Virus record (IMG/VR): IMGVR_UViG_2061766007_001614
Length of the DNA stretch: 64,000 nt
DNA from: an uncultured virus (IMG/VR IMGVR_UViG_2061766007_001614)
Lineage: Duplodnaviria > Heunggongvirae > Uroviricota > Caudoviricetes
Direction: 5' to 3' (one strand)
Part shown: piece after piece, positions 20,337-33,080 of the stretch
Layout of the letters: every line of letters begins with the position of its first letter
Position numbering within the stretch: the stretch's first letter is position 1
The notes under the pieces: model-generated
The model's input: only the letters and a program-made list of their open reading frames with translations
Told to the model about the DNA's origin: nothing
Databases searched by the model: none
Program-made: the position numbers and the translations under genes

Positions 20337-21234
20337 TTAGCCGCTGCTCTCGAAGAACTGCTGATATTCTTCTATCCATCTATGGATCCTTTGTAGCTTA
20401 CCGTATCTGTTTTCTATTTCTCCCTTGTGATTATCATATGCTTTCCTAATATCCGGTTGTTTATCTTCTTTCATGAAGCGTTTGATCATGTCAATCCTTC
20501 CGGAGTTCCTGAGTCCTACATATCCGAAGGCTTTACCATATCTCTTTTCTAATAATCCAACTCTTCTCTGTATTTTTCGTGTATTCTTGTATTCTGAATC
20601 GGTAAAAGCATTATACGTATCTTTAAATATATAAGGATCATCTTTTCTGTATCCTACTTTAAGTATGCCGTCTTCGTTATACTTGTCGTAGGTCTCGGAA
20701 GCTTCCTCTGCCTTGGCGACCAGTTTTTTTGATACTGTAAGCTTTCTGTAGCCTAAATCCAACACATTTCTCTTAATCTGAGACATGGATAATTGATAAA
20801 AATCCTTGTATCCAACACCAGAGATACCTTCAAATAATGCAAGTACCAGGAACTGATCAGAAACATTAGGGAAGGCTTCAATNNNNNNNNNNNNNNNNNN
20901 NNNNNNNNNNNNNNNNNNNNNNNNNNNTGTCAATCTCTTCATAATGATTCTGATTATCAAAGACCAGGTTTTCCTTTATGCACCATGATGTATATATTTT
21001 TAATTGCGAATTGAAATTTAACAATTGCTCCCAGGATCTGGTTGAACAGGATGCATACATATTTAGGATTTCCGTTGAAGTAAAGTTACTACAGTCCTTG
21101 GCAAGCTTCTCCTCATATTCTTTAGTGATGTTAAAGAAAACTCTGCAGATACTGCGTATACTGCGATATGTATTTTCTCTCTCACTAAAGTATCTTTCTT
21201 TCTGTTCATGATTGTAAAACTGTGCTTCAGACAT
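20337..21234 (-). CDS. SPbeta YopR/MrpR(SroF)-like repressor with tyrosine-recombinase fold (split by gap)
   Basis: YN.EQKERY...EE...KD..NFTS.EIL...Y..W; LALFEGISG resembles YopR LLFEGVSG; synteny with yopP/yopQ-like genes. Confidence 0.75.
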
Positions 21235-22430
21235 TAGTAACCCTCCTTCCCTAGTAGTTTATGCGTTCTCGTNNNNNNNNNNNNNTGGCCCAGCATAAAT
21301 TGACTTGTCTTCCATTACACTGTTTAGGTCCTTTTTAAACTGCTTCATGTTTTTATAATCACCATACTTCATTTCATATATGAGCATGTAAACATAACGT
21401 TTATCCCAAGGCTCATTAAATAAAGTGGGATTTTTAACTGCATGATATTCAAAAGCTTCTATCAGTTCACTTGAAATATTAATGATCGCCAGACGTTCTT
21501 CTGNNNNNNNNNNNNNNNNNNNNNNNNAACATCGACTATGTTGGATAGGTAGGCTGCATTTATGAGGCCTTTATTCCTGGATATCTGGCCGGCAAGAGCA
21601 AACTGGTTATCGTTATTCATTCTTTCTACAATCTTGTTGGATATCTTTGCAGTATCCATCGATTCAGAGTCAACCTTTCTCATCTTGGTTTTCTGATCTT
21701 CCTGCCAGATGAAACGCTTTGCCTTGCTTTCCTCAAACTGAACTACTCTCAATTCCATTTCATAATCAAAGTCGGGATTCTGAGAATAGATCTTAGACAT
21801 GGCAATGTATCTGTGGTATCCATCAAGAATATCAAGATATTCGACTTCATTTATAACAAGCTGGTTTCGCTTTTCGTCATATGCAAAGTCGGCATCTTCC
21901 GGTAGATTTAATGTGATTGTGTTGGGAATATAAAGATCGGACTCATANNNNNNNNNNNNNNNNNNNNNNNNNNNNNNNNNNTAGAACTCAGCTTTCCCTT
22001 TAACGATATGCTGCATCGTCCTCTGTGCATTCTCATTATAATTTATTAGCTGGGCATCCTTAAGCAGCATAAGTTCTTTAACTGATATCCTGCCTATAAA
22101 CTGTTCATCGTTAATTTTAGTCATTTGGAAGCGTAAAGGGAATGACAACTTCTCAATATTCCATTTCTCTCTTGAGAGGTTTTTGATCTCGCTTTTTGTA
22201 AAAAAGTCACTTACCTTATCGCCTGTAATGTACGCAAGAATAAATAGGGCAAATACATCCGCCTCAACCAAATCCTTTCGCAGAGTAATGTAGTCAGATG
22301 AAATTCTCTCCGGCATATCGAAAGTTTCCTTAGCTGCCTTGATCCATTTCTGAATGACTCTCTTGCTGTTAAGGTTCCTGCTAAAAAGCGCTGTAAGTTC
22401 CTTTTCTAGAACTTCCCTTGACTTAATCAT
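21234..22430 (-). CDS. DGQHR/ParB-like domain protein (SPbeta YopQ/SroE-like); C-terminus continues in another frame past a gap
   Basis: INYNENAQR, PNTITLN, ILDGYHRY, FIWQED. Confidence 0.75.
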
Positions 22431-22522
22431 AATATTTGCCCCGTAGACTTGTAAAATTATTTTTTACATTATAAAATTATCATAATTTTTTATTGTTATA
22501 ATATTTTATTGGTAAAATTATA

Positions 22523-23458
22523 TTAACACGCGNNNNNNNNNNNNNNNNNNNNNNNNNNNNNNNNNNNNNNNNNNNNNNNNNNNNNNNNNNNCATGGTGTT
22601 TCGGATATTAGCATGTCCCAGTTGCTGTGCAGTCAGGTAAATGTCGTGTGTCTTATCATAGAGTTTCATTGCACATGTTGACCTCATCTTGTGGGGAGTG
22701 ATGTGCTTGTCTATTCCCTGGCTTGCATTATGGATCATGTCCTGAACAGTTCTGGTAGCTATACGTTTGTTTCCCTTCTGGCTGATAAATAAAGCACCGG
22801 CATTATTGCCACATATCTCTTCTCTGTCTTTCATCCATGTCAGAATTGCTTTTGTGGTATTGGGCCCGATGCATACTGTTCTTTTCTTGTTTCCTTTTTC
22901 CACAACCTCAATAGTTCCTTTTTCAAAGTTGATATCTTCAATATCAATATTAACTATGGCAGAAACGCGAAGGCCGGTTGCACATCCCAGGGTAATGATA
23001 CACAGATCTCTGTTCTTGAATTTTGTCTTACTTTGTGTTGCCGACTCTTTTAATTTTGTCACCTCTGAGTCTGTCATATAAATGACACTTTCCTTTGTGT
23101 CTAGCTTTAACTTCATATCACTTGAGCACGGGTTCTTTTCTACAAAGCCATTACGCTCTAGGAAACTATAGAAGCTGGTCACTGCTGCAAGCTTAGTATT
23201 GACGATACTTGGACCATTTCCCTCACTGATGTGGTCAATATATCTATCAATATGCATCGGCTTTACTTCTGTTAAGGGAACTCCAATCCGGCTCATAAAT
23301 CCAATGTACTGATTAAGATACCCCAGATAAGCTCTGCGTGTAGTGCTGGTTCTTTTCTTGATACTTAACATATAATCCTGAAGTACCTGTGGTGCATTGT
23401 TTAATCTTTCTGCTATCCATTGCTCGATTCGTTTGTCTTGCTCTTCTCTTCCGCTCAT
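22523..23458 (-). CDS. tyrosine recombinase (XerC-like; SPbeta YopP/SroD-like position)
   Basis: RD...TGLRVS, EKGNK.R, HITPHKMRST, LGHANI. Confidence 0.9.
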   Translation of the reverse strand: MSGREEQDKRIEQWIAERLNNAPQVLQDYMLSIKKRTSTTRRAYLGYLNQYIGFMSRIGVPLTEVKPMHIDRYIDHISEGNGPSIVNTKLAAVTSFYSFLERNGFVEKNPCSSDMKLKLDTKESVIYMTDSEVTKLKESATQSKTKFKNRDLCIITLGCATGLRVSAIVNIDIEDINFEKGTIEVVEKGNKKRTVCIGPNTTKAILTWMKDREEICGNNAGALFISQKGNKRIATRTVQDMIHNASQGIDKHITPHKMRSTCAMKLYDKTHDIYLTAQQLGHANIRNTMXXXXXXXXXXXXXXXXXXXXAC

Positions 23459-26400
23459 ATTAGCTCCTTTCAGATCGTATCGTATGATACTTTATGATTC
23501 ATATAGTAGTTACCCATTCTGATTCTTTTGTACATATCTTTTTCATTTCCATTCATGTCAAAGTCATTAGGATCCGGAATGTTTGATTTTCTATAATATC
23601 CTTCAGATCTCTGTTTATCATTAAAATACTGGATGAATCTATTGTTTATCTCGTCTNNNNNNNNNNCATATTCCTGATGTGAACACCTTTTTCATTGTAC
23701 ATATAAGCATCTTTACCTTTAGCTTCAGCACAATAAAGATTGTCAATACTTACTCTCTTCCCAGTCTCGAGACTTCTTGTTGCACCTAATCTGTCGGTAT
23801 ATATTCCTGCTCGANNNNNNNNNNGGGATTTTTCTTTGCTACTATCGGATTCCCTTACTAAAAATCCGGTCTTAACATCCATATAAAAACCAACTTTCTT
23901 AATTGTAGATCCTGTTATTTCTGGTGGAATATCCAATATTCTACATACATATATTTTCCCATTGTTTAAGTCTTTATATGTAGGNNNNNNNNNNNNNNNN
24001 NNNNNNNNNNNNNNNNNNNNNNNNNNNNNNNNNNNNNNNNNNNNNNNNNNNNNNNNNNNNNNNNNNNNNNNNNNNNNNNNNNNNNNNNNNNNNNNNNNNN
24101 NNNNNNNNNNNNNNNNNNNNNNNNNNNNNNNNNNNNNNNNNNNNNNNNNNNNNNNNNNNNNNNNNNNNNNNNNNNNNNNNNNNNNNNNNNNNNNNNNNNN
24201 NNNNNNNNNNNNNNNNNNNNNNNNNNNNNNNNNNNNNNNNNNNNNNNNNNNNNNNNNNNNNNNNNNNNNNNNNNNNNNNNNNNNNNNNNNNNNNNNNNNN
24301 NNNNNNNNNNNNNNNNNNNNNNNNNNNNNNNNNNNNNNNNNNNNNNNNNNNNNNNNNNNNNNNNNNNNNNNNNNNNNNNNNNNNNNNNNNNNNNNNNNNN
24401 NNNNNNNNNNNNNNNNNNNNNNNNNNNNNNNNNNNNNNNNNNNNNNNNNNNNNNNNNNNNNNNNNNNNNNNNNNNNNNNNNNNNNNNNNNNNNNNNNNNN
24501 NNNNNNNNNNNNNNNNNNNNNNNNNNNNNNNNNNNNNNNNNNNNNNNNNNNNNNNNNNNNNNNNNNNNNNNNNNNNNNNNNNNNNNNNNNNNNNNNNNNN
24601 NNNNNNNNNNNNNNNNNNNNNNNNNNNNNNNNNNNNNNNNNNNNNNNNNNNNNNNNNNNNNNNNNNNNNNNNNNNNNNNNNNNNNNNNNNNNNNNNNNNN
24701 NNNNNNNNNNNNNNNNNNNNNNNNNNNNNNNNNNNNNNNNNNNNNNNNNNNNNNNNNNNNNNNNNNNNNNNNNNNNNNNNNNNNNNNNNNNNNNNNNNNN
24801 NNNNNNNNNNNNNNNNNNNNNNNNNNNNNNNNNNNNNNNNNNNNNNTTCAACTCAAGTACCTTTCGCTTGAGATTCTCAAATTGTATTTGCTCCATTTCA
24901 CAATTGCTCCAGTCTTTTAAGGTTTCCATGTTCACACCTCCGTTAATTTAATTTCATNNNNNNNNNNNNNNNNNNNNNNNNNNNNNNNNNNNNNNNNNNN
25001 NNNNNNNNNNNNNNNNGCTGATAGAAGAGTCCCTCGTTCTCAGGTTTAATCAGTGTGTCTATGTTTTGTCCGAAGACAATGTCTTGGAGCAGTCCGTCTT
25101 CAGGATGCTCAACCCAGTATCCAAGATCCTTTTCCTTTCCATATCTTTCGTCCTCTGCAGTTACAATCATGCAATATCTAAAAACGATCATTTCTTAGTT
25201 CTCCTTTCTTACATCACCCAGTACATAAGTTTCGTTTATGCATATTCTTGCCCATGTCTTATTGGAAAATTCGCTTACTTTCCCGTTTTGCCACTCCACA
25301 AATAACGTTGTAGCCCAGCGATTAGTAACGGGGTTATATTCATTTTTGCCTTCGTATATATCTACAACATATGGCTTAAATAATTTAGGAATGTAATTCA
25401 TAAGCTGTTTCTTCATTTGCTTACCTCTCTTTCACCGTTATCTCAATTCCGTACTTATCAAGGATTGACTTGTTGATTACCAGNNNNNNNNNNNNNNNNN
25501 NNNNNNNNNNNNNNTTTGGAAGTCTGAGTGCTCCGGCTAAGTAACGATAACCGTCTGCCCATCCATCAAATGTAAGTGCAGTCACATCTTTAGCTAACTT
25601 CGCTGCAAGTGTCATGTCTTTCCCTCCTTCAGCGCTTCTACAAAAGCAATCTCATCTTCGCCCCATGTCACTACATCCTCGTCTTCGTTTGAGTCATACA
25701 TGGTATCAAGCCAGTCGATCAGGCCCTGTTCGGGAGTGTCGTAACAAAAGACCTTTTCCCTATTGTCGATGTAGTACTTTCCATCCTTCATCCAGAAGTC
25801 GCCGTACCAGTTACCAACTTCCCTTAGCAGATTCTTTGCAGTTAATCCACCTCTAACAGTTATCATTTTCTCACCTCGTTTCTATCATCAATGCATCAGC
25901 AAACTGAATCACATCTTCCCATGTCAATTCCGGGATCATGTTAACTAAACGATTTAAGAATTNNNNNNNNNNNNNNNNNNNNNNNNNNNNNNNNNNNNNN
26001 NNNNNNNNNNNTTACCAAATCCCTTGTAAAGGAATACTCCATTGGCTCCTGGAATTCCTCTTCAAGAAACTTCAAAAAGCCATTAACATCAAAGTATTTA
26101 TTATCATTGAGATATCTCAAATCTTCGTTCATTCACTTACCTCCTTAGTAACTAAGATTAGCTGACAGATACTTGATACCCGCAGCCGCTGCTATTTCGC
26201 TTGCANNNNNNNNNNNNNNNNNNNNNNNNNNNNNNNNCGATATACATTGTTGTGTCATCTATGTCTCCGTCAAACCCAAGAGCCTCAAGTTCTTTTCTGA
26301 TAATCTCTTCTAGCGGCATCCTTATGTGCGCTTCCTCCGGAAGGCATGTGCTGGAGAGCACGGTTCGTTTTCCATTGATCAGCACCATTTCCGTTTCTTC

Positions 26401-26912
26401 TTTTTGTAGATTTGCTGCATACTCAAGAGCGCCTTCTTCAGTTTTAAATGTTTTCATTCGTCTTCCTCCTCAATTGTTATATATCCCTCTCTGAAACCAT
26501 ACTCAGCTCCGATTGGAGCGTCCGGGCACCATTGTGATGCATCCGCACTGATTTCCCAATCGTTATCAGTAATTTCCATCATTTTGTCGTAGATCTCAGA
26601 ATAATCATCGGCATCAATCGAATACGTTAAAAATGAATCATGTTTAGTTATCACTGCTTTTCTCATTTTCTTATCTCCTTTACTGAACAGTTACACTGAA
26701 CAACACCTCGTCTCCATTAAATCCTTGGAGTGTATATGTTCCATCATAGTCTGCATTGCTATCAGGCTCTCTGTATAATCCAATCTCTATATACTCATAA
26801 GGACTGCATCCATAAGTAAGAATGATCGGATGTTTTGACCAGGTTCCCTTTTCCATCTGTTTCCAATCTGGAAACTGTTCCATAATCTGTTGACACTTCA
26901 TGCCTATCCTCC

Positions 26913-27491
26913 TTACACGTCACAATGTTTTGTGTGATGAATTATTGTTTTCCCTTCGCATCTGTAAAAGCTGATGCTTGATGTGAACCATACTCCGGTA
27001 CAATCTCTTCCATCGTTGTATGGGTTATACCAGTGCTCCCATAGACCTTCTCTTATCTCTTTACACTCCTCATCAGTTAACTTCTCAGGTATTATGCATC
27101 TGAGAGTCACTCGATCCCATGAGCAAAACTCCTCTTTGTATGGCTGGTAGTAATCCCAGATAAGTGGATGTCCCTTGTAGTAATCAGGTCTGCTTTCAAA
27201 ACTCTTTTGTCTAGAGACCTCAGCTTTGTAGTTCTTTTTGCACTTGGCAAGCAGCTCTTCAATTGTTATCTTCATTTCATTTGTCTTACCTTCATGGATA
27301 AGTTCAAGGGCCAACCAGTATGGAAGGAAACTTGCACATGGCTCATTAAGTTTGTTGTTCTGTGATCGTTCGTAACAGCCATCATTAAGCTTGAATGCTG
27401 CAGAACCGCTATACGGAAAGCCTTTTGCCTTTTCGGCGTAGTATTCTTCCCATGACTTGATACTGTTGTACTTGTAACAATCTCTCATCAC
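26913..27491 (-). CDS. hypothetical phage protein
   Basis: 192 aa; C-terminal DCTGVWFT motif. Confidence 0.6.
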   Translation of the reverse strand: MMRDCYKYNSIKSWEEYYAEKAKGFPYSGSAAFKLNDGCYERSQNNKLNEPCASFLPYWLALELIHEGKTNEMKITIEELLAKCKKNYKAEVSRQKSFESRPDYYKGHPLIWDYYQPYKEEFCSWDRVTLRCIIPEKLTDEECKEIREGLWEHWYNPYNDGRDCTGVWFTSSISFYRCEGKTIIHHTKHCDV

Positions 27492-30188
27492 TGCACCTCC
27501 TTAATCTTTGTTACACAAACCTCGTAGCTGTCAGGGTTCTTTTCAAAATCAATCTCCTGGACATTATCAGAAGCAATCTCTTCTGCCCTCCCCATGATTT
27601 CAAAGATATTATCCGCTTCGATCTCGATTGTCTTTTTAGTTAATTCTGCAAATGTCACCATACACTTCATCTTTCCACCTCCATCTCAATCATGTTTGTA
27701 ACAACAAAATCCGTTGTGTATATTTCGTTTTCCAGCCTTGCGTGATTCTCTTCGAACCAACTTAAATCTCTGTCCGGTTCCGGATCCCAGGAGTTGTATT
27801 CCCTTTCCCACAGGTCTCTGAGTAAATCTGTCATCTGTCCCTGTTTCTTTGGAGCATATACGTTGATTGCATCTGTAAAAGACTCACTTCCTTTTCTGTG
27901 TCTATGCTTCACAATAATTTTCACTACTCTTCAACCTCCACTTCTACGATGTCGCTATTAGTAATTCCTAATGCAATCTTGCATATCTTCTTGGCTTCGC
28001 TTTTGCTTTTGGCACTGCATCTGAATCTGTAATGCATTCCTCCGGGCGAAAGATAAATTACACAATATCGTTTCATTTTGACACCTCCGTATAATAATCG
28101 CTGTATATCTCGTAATAGATGGATCTGACTTCTTCATGAGTCAGATTAAATTCTTCCTCAAGAATTCTCTCGTACTCGCTTATGACATATAATATTGCTC
28201 TGCGTCCTTCGCCGGTTCCCTTGTAACTGAAGTAAGCAAGAATATTATCTCTGTAACGCTTAATAAATCTGTCTCTCATAGCAGACCCTCCTTTAACATA
28301 TCTATCAATCCGCCATTGCTAGTATCAAATAACTTCTTAGCAAGCAGATGTCCTTCACTTTCATAAAAGCTGTCTATATGTAAGCACTTGTCCTGTGTGT
28401 CATCATTGGTAACCAGGATAAACTCTACATACTTCACATAGATTTCTCTTCCGACAACGATCATGGCATAGCAATCAATCCAGCCATCAGGATATTTCTC
28501 TTGACGCTGCCAGAACCGTTCTGCATAGTCCTCAAGGCCGTAGAACTTAACTGATATTTCGTTCTCGCTCATCCACTGCCATTCATCATCCATGTCAATT
28601 GCAATCCCATTAATGTTTTCCTCTGTAAATGTCATGCGCTCACCTCCTGTGCTCCAAACTCTTCCTTTAACTTTTCCGGTAACCATTTCTCTATAACCGA
28701 GATGTAATCATCCTCATATTCATCTGTCTCGAAGAAGGTCTCTTCAAATTCTCTGGCCAAGTCACACAGGACATCAAATACATCTGCCTTTATGCCACCA
28801 TCAAATATTTTTCCCTCTTTAACCATGCTGTTGTAGATGTTGTTCATTACCATGGCAGTTTCCATCAGACGCCTTGACTGGAACTCAGCAGTCTNNNNNN
28901 NNNNNNNNNNNNNNNNNNNNNNNNNNNNNNGAGTATTCCTGCCGAAGAAGGTATCATCTTTCCACCATGCGGTAGTATCCATTTCCTCACTGAAAATGAT
29001 TTCATTAAGTGACTTCTCTATCCATCCGGCAAGCTCATACGTATTGATATCCATCTCATCTTGTCTAAGTGGGTTATCATCCGTGATAAGTCCCTTTGCC
29101 TTATAGAATCTGTTGAGGTATGCAAATACCTCTGCAAACTCTTCATCTGTTGCATTGTTTAATGCCTTTGCCATCTCAAATGTGTTCATATCATTCTCCT
29201 TTCCATCCGCCCATCAGTTCCATTGCACGATCTATCAATTCTTTTGCCTTCTCTGTATGTTCGCTTACTCCGCAGTCCATTAAGCTATACATATAATCAA
29301 TTGCTGCATAACTTGCTTTGTCCATCTCCATCTTTGCATCCCATAAAGCCTGATCAACTTCGTTATTGATCACCGGCACCTCGTAAATGGTGAAGATGCA
29401 AACTCCTCGCTCTTCTCTTCCACATTCGAAGTATTCATCTCCTTCGCAATAATCAGTGTCCTCTATATCCATCCCATGTTCTTCGCACCATTCTTTAATG
29501 TGCTCCTCCAGGATTTCCATTGCCTCATCTTCCGTTTCAATATCCGGAACATCAGGCTGGTCCACATCGTAACTTCCATATCCATAAACCATATAACTCA
29601 TACAATCACTCTCCTTTCGCTAACAACATCTTCCCATCCATCCCATTCAGGGATGTAGTTTCCACCAAACATGCAGTCGATTGCCCACTCTCCGTTTGAT
29701 TCGTAAATCTGTGGAGCATCTAGCATGTACTCTCCAATCTCTTCCCAGATGATTTCATCTATCTCATCTGCAAGTTCCTTACTATCTACATATCCGATTG
29801 ATGATCCGGACTCGCTGCAGTAAACTGCATATCTGAAGATGTTCGCTATCTCTTCCTTTGCCCGGTTCCCTTTTGCGGACGCCATGTACTTTTCAACAAA
29901 CGCTTCCATGTGCTTATGCTGAAAAGCATTAATTTCATCCATGACTTTATCCCATTCATCTTCACTTTCCGTAGCCCTAAGTCGTTCTTCCAGGATATGC
30001 ATCTTTTCGTTGTACTCTTCAAATGTCATTCCTTAATCCTCCTCAATGCATTCACATACGGCATCTTCTTCGCCGCACTCATCACACTTGACTTCTACAT
30101 AAGAACCTACATAAATCTTAATTCCATGACTCGTAAGTCCTTGGATACACCATGAACACAGGTTAACTTTCTTCATTGCACACCTCCT

Positions 30189-30662
30189 TTACACAGCCAC
30201 TTTCTGTGGCATGATTCCCATTGCTATACATATCTCATCAACTTCTTCGTTACTGAGTATGCGGTTTACCTTTATCTCTCCGCTTATAAGCCATGGATCA
30301 CGCTGCTTTGCGTTGGTCTTGAATCTGTAGTATCCTTTCGGCACTGTTCTAAGACCGTTCTTTTCTGTTACCATCAGCTCCTTTCCTCTTATCTCACATT
30401 CAGCCCATACATTGTCAGGCCGTCTTGCTAACGTTCCATCCGGTTGTTTTTTTCCTATCCAGTCGGAAAAGGGTACTGAAGCACTATGCCACCCAGGTCT
30501 CAAACTCAGTTTCCCAAATTTCTTGCAGTACACATGGGTATCATCTACAAGCGGACCGCTAGTTGCCTTAAGCCATTTACCTATCACAACCTCTTTATTT
30601 TCCTCTATGTATAGCGGGTACAGCTTGCCGTTCCTTATCCGAAACAGTTTATATACTTTCAT
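30189..30662 (-). CDS. conserved phage hypothetical protein
   Basis: YKLFR..NGKLYPLY...GKLSLRPGWH...W.ISGEIKVNRIL. Confidence 0.65.
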   Translation of the reverse strand: MKVYKLFRIRNGKLYPLYIEENKEVVIGKWLKATSGPLVDDTHVYCKKFGKLSLRPGWHSASVPFSDWIGKKQPDGTLARRPDNVWAECEIRGKELMVTEKNGLRTVPKGYYRFKTNAKQRDPWLISGEIKVNRILSNEEVDEICIAMGIMPQKVAV

Positions 30663-30697
30663 GGCGTTTTCCTTTCTGGGGAGGACTTGCCTCCCAA

Positions 30698-31648
30698 TTA
30701 GTCTGTAACTTCAATCTCATATCTCATAAGGGCGTCTCGACACTCTTTTGAAATCATTCCATTTGCGTATTCNNNNNNNNNNNNNNNNNNNNNTACTGCC
30801 TCTTTATATTTCTTATATGCCAGGAATGCTTCATACTCTGTGTCAAAAGTTCCTATATAAATATGTTTATTTGCATTGCTGCATTCAGCAGAATATTTAT
30901 TAGTTGATTTCCTATAACGAACACCAGGCAAATATTGCCCTCTCTTATTGTTTCTAACAATATTATTTATTTCATTGGGAACAAGACAGCATTTATCAGG
31001 AGCGTACTCTCTATTGCCTTTGTAAAGTATATCTTTGTCTACATGGAAATGCGGATTACTCCTCCACGCCTCGTAGTTTTCTTGTTGTGTTATCCAGTTA
31101 TAAAAATTTGGATAGTATAAAAACTCTTCGCAAACAGTACAGTCGTCGTAGTATGCATAATTCTTTCTACGATTAGCGGAATAGCATCTATCGATAATGC
31201 CGTGCCATGTTATATATTCTTTCTCTTTATACATATCATGGCCACTTCCCTTTACTCCTATACCACTTATAGTTTGAGTAAAGGGATTACGAGTTTTCCC
31301 TTGTTTGAAATGTTCATATGAAGTTTTAATCGTTTGCGCTGGGTCGTTATCAAATTGTACGATTACATTTTCTGCAGCATGGTATTCGATTATCTTCATG
31401 AGACACCCCTGCTTATTGATATTTTCCTCTCCCAATCTTTCTTCACGAAGAGATTTTTCAAATGGAACGTTTGGGTTTCTGAATAATCCTTTGTTGAAGT
31501 GTGCCCACCTTGTTTTTACCAAAGTGCCGTCATCAAAACGTACTAGTATATCATTGCTTTTTACATAATCAACAATNNNNNNNNNNNNNNNNNNNNNNNN
31601 NNNNNNNNNNNNNNNNNNNNCAATGCGTTCATCTCTTTTGTTTTCCAT
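30698..31648 (-). CDS. HNH-type homing endonuclease with N-terminal repeats and AP2-like domain
   Basis: W.GIIDRCY...VCEEF..Y.NF..W...VDKDIL.KGNREY.P..CCLVP; YIGTFDTEYEAF.AY. Confidence 0.8.
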   Translation of the reverse strand: MENKRDERIXXXXXXXXXXXXXXXIVDYVKSNDILVRFDDGTLVKTRWAHFNKGLFRNPNVPFEKSLREERLGEENINKQGCLMKIIEYHAAENVIVQFDNDPAQTIKTSYEHFKQGKTRNPFTQTISGIGVKGSGHDMYKEKEYITWHGIIDRCYSANRRKNYAYYDDCTVCEEFLYYPNFYNWITQQENYEAWRSNPHFHVDKDILYKGNREYAPDKCCLVPNEINNIVRNNKRGQYLPGVRYRKSTNKYSAECSNANKHIYIGTFDTEYEAFLAYKKYKEAVXXXXXXXEYANGMISKECRDALMRYEIEVTD

Positions 31649-31667
31649 ACTTACTCCTTTTGGCTTC

Positions 31668-32369
31668 TTAATGCGCTCTAAAAATTACTGACTCACCTTT
31701 CTTTAGTACCCAGCAGCCTTTTGATTCAAACATGCATTCTGTACAATTTCCGCCACAATACACTGATCCATATCTTGGAGCTGTTGTTCTGCCATCGTCA
31801 TAAAGAACATGGCTCTGTGGAAGATTGTGAGGATTGTCCATTTCAAGACCTTCCCATGTGCTCATGATTGGTCTTACGTTCTTCGGGAACCTGTGCTTAT
31901 CCAGGAATGCATTGATTCCTTTGTAGTTCTTGGTGAAGAACAGAATCATTGTGTTCTTGTTCTGTCTTCCCAACTTAGCTACATAAGCGAAGTCATCATC
32001 ACTTAAGTCACCGCCTACGTTGATGCGAAGCTCTGCTACGAAGTTCGCTTTTACCTGAGCATCAATCTCTGCCCAGTATCTTTCTGGATCCACCTTGTGG
32101 ATAGCTGAGTTCTTTGCTCTGTCCTTGATTACTGCGGGATATATGAGGTCTGCCTTGAGGTCATAGCAGTTATGTGAACACTGCTTGCAGTTACCGCAAT
32201 CGATTACCGGCATAAGTGATACTGTCCAGCAGTTCTGTCCGGTCTTCTTGTTGCCTCGTTGAAGTTTGACATGCATCTTGTTTGCTGTCTTAAGAGCTTC
32301 CTTTCTTGCCTTTGTGATAGTTGCTACTCTCTTTTGGTAGCCGTCATTAGTCAAAGCCGCTTTTGCCAT
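31668..32369 (-). CDS. gp88-like Fe-S/radical-SAM-related protein
   Basis: GNKKTG...SL.PV.DC..C..C...CY; RINVGGD; FTK; C-terminal CGGNCTEC. Confidence 0.65.
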   Translation of the reverse strand: MAKAALTNDGYQKRVATITKARKEALKTANKMHVKLQRGNKKTGQNCWTVSLMPVIDCGNCKQCSHNCYDLKADLIYPAVIKDRAKNSAIHKVDPERYWAEIDAQVKANFVAELRINVGGDLSDDDFAYVAKLGRQNKNTMILFFTKNYKGINAFLDKHRFPKNVRPIMSTWEGLEMDNPHNLPQSHVLYDDGRTTAPRYGSVYCGGNCTECMFESKGCWVLKKGESVIFRAH

Positions 32370-32468
32370 GATTTAATTTTCCTTTCTTGTGGTTGCAAGA
32401 AAAGAAAACATGTACTAAAATAAAGTACACGCTTCCCTTTCTTTGGTAGGATTGAGTTGCGTTTTGAG

Positions 32469-32687
32469 TCATCGTGGTGCGAACACGGTGGCTCTTTTAT
32501 TTATGTGATAAGGTCGGTTGGTTTGACCTTTAACACCTTGGCTATCTGTACTGCCTTGGATAACGGGATNNNNNNNNNNNNNNNNNNNNNNNNNNNNNNN
32601 NNNNNNNTACCCACAAAGCGTTGCTAATTCGCTTTGAGACAGTCCTCTCTTGAGCCTCAGCTCTTTTATCAATTTTCCGTTAATCAT
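32469..32687 (-). CDS. XRE-family HTH protein (3' end uncertain, gap)
   Basis: GKLIKELRLKRGLSQSELATLCG. Confidence 0.75.
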   Translation of the reverse strand: MINGKLIKELRLKRGLSQSELATLCGXXXXXXXXXXXXXXPVIQGSTDSQGVKGQTNRPYHINKRATVFAPR

Positions 32688-33080
32688 AGTGTTAATCTCC
32701 CTATATCAGCCACCAATCCCGCAAGCTCACTGAGCTCTCCGGGATATTTGATGCTGTCAACGAATGGATAATGACCATTCTCTTTGTACTCATCCAACTT
32801 GTTACGGATATCCTTTAGGATCTCGTTGGTCTGAGCAATAAACAGTTTCTCTTTCTGGTCTAATTTGATCTCAATATTCATCTCGCTCTTCATCCTGCCT
32901 CCTCTCCGAACAGTTGCTCATAGCACTTCTCACAATAATGCTTTCCTTTAATTTCAACCACATCATCTTCTGAGTAGTGCGGTTTCCCGCATTCATCACA
33001 CTGCCATACCCAGTAGCCTTTGCTTCTTCCGCATCCAACACAGCCTTGCGGGCATCCAACACAATCGCTATCTTTGTATA

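Noticed and set aside
23646..24935. 429-aa ORF, possibly AimR-like
   Set aside because: About 70% N; the visible parts show no recognisable motif
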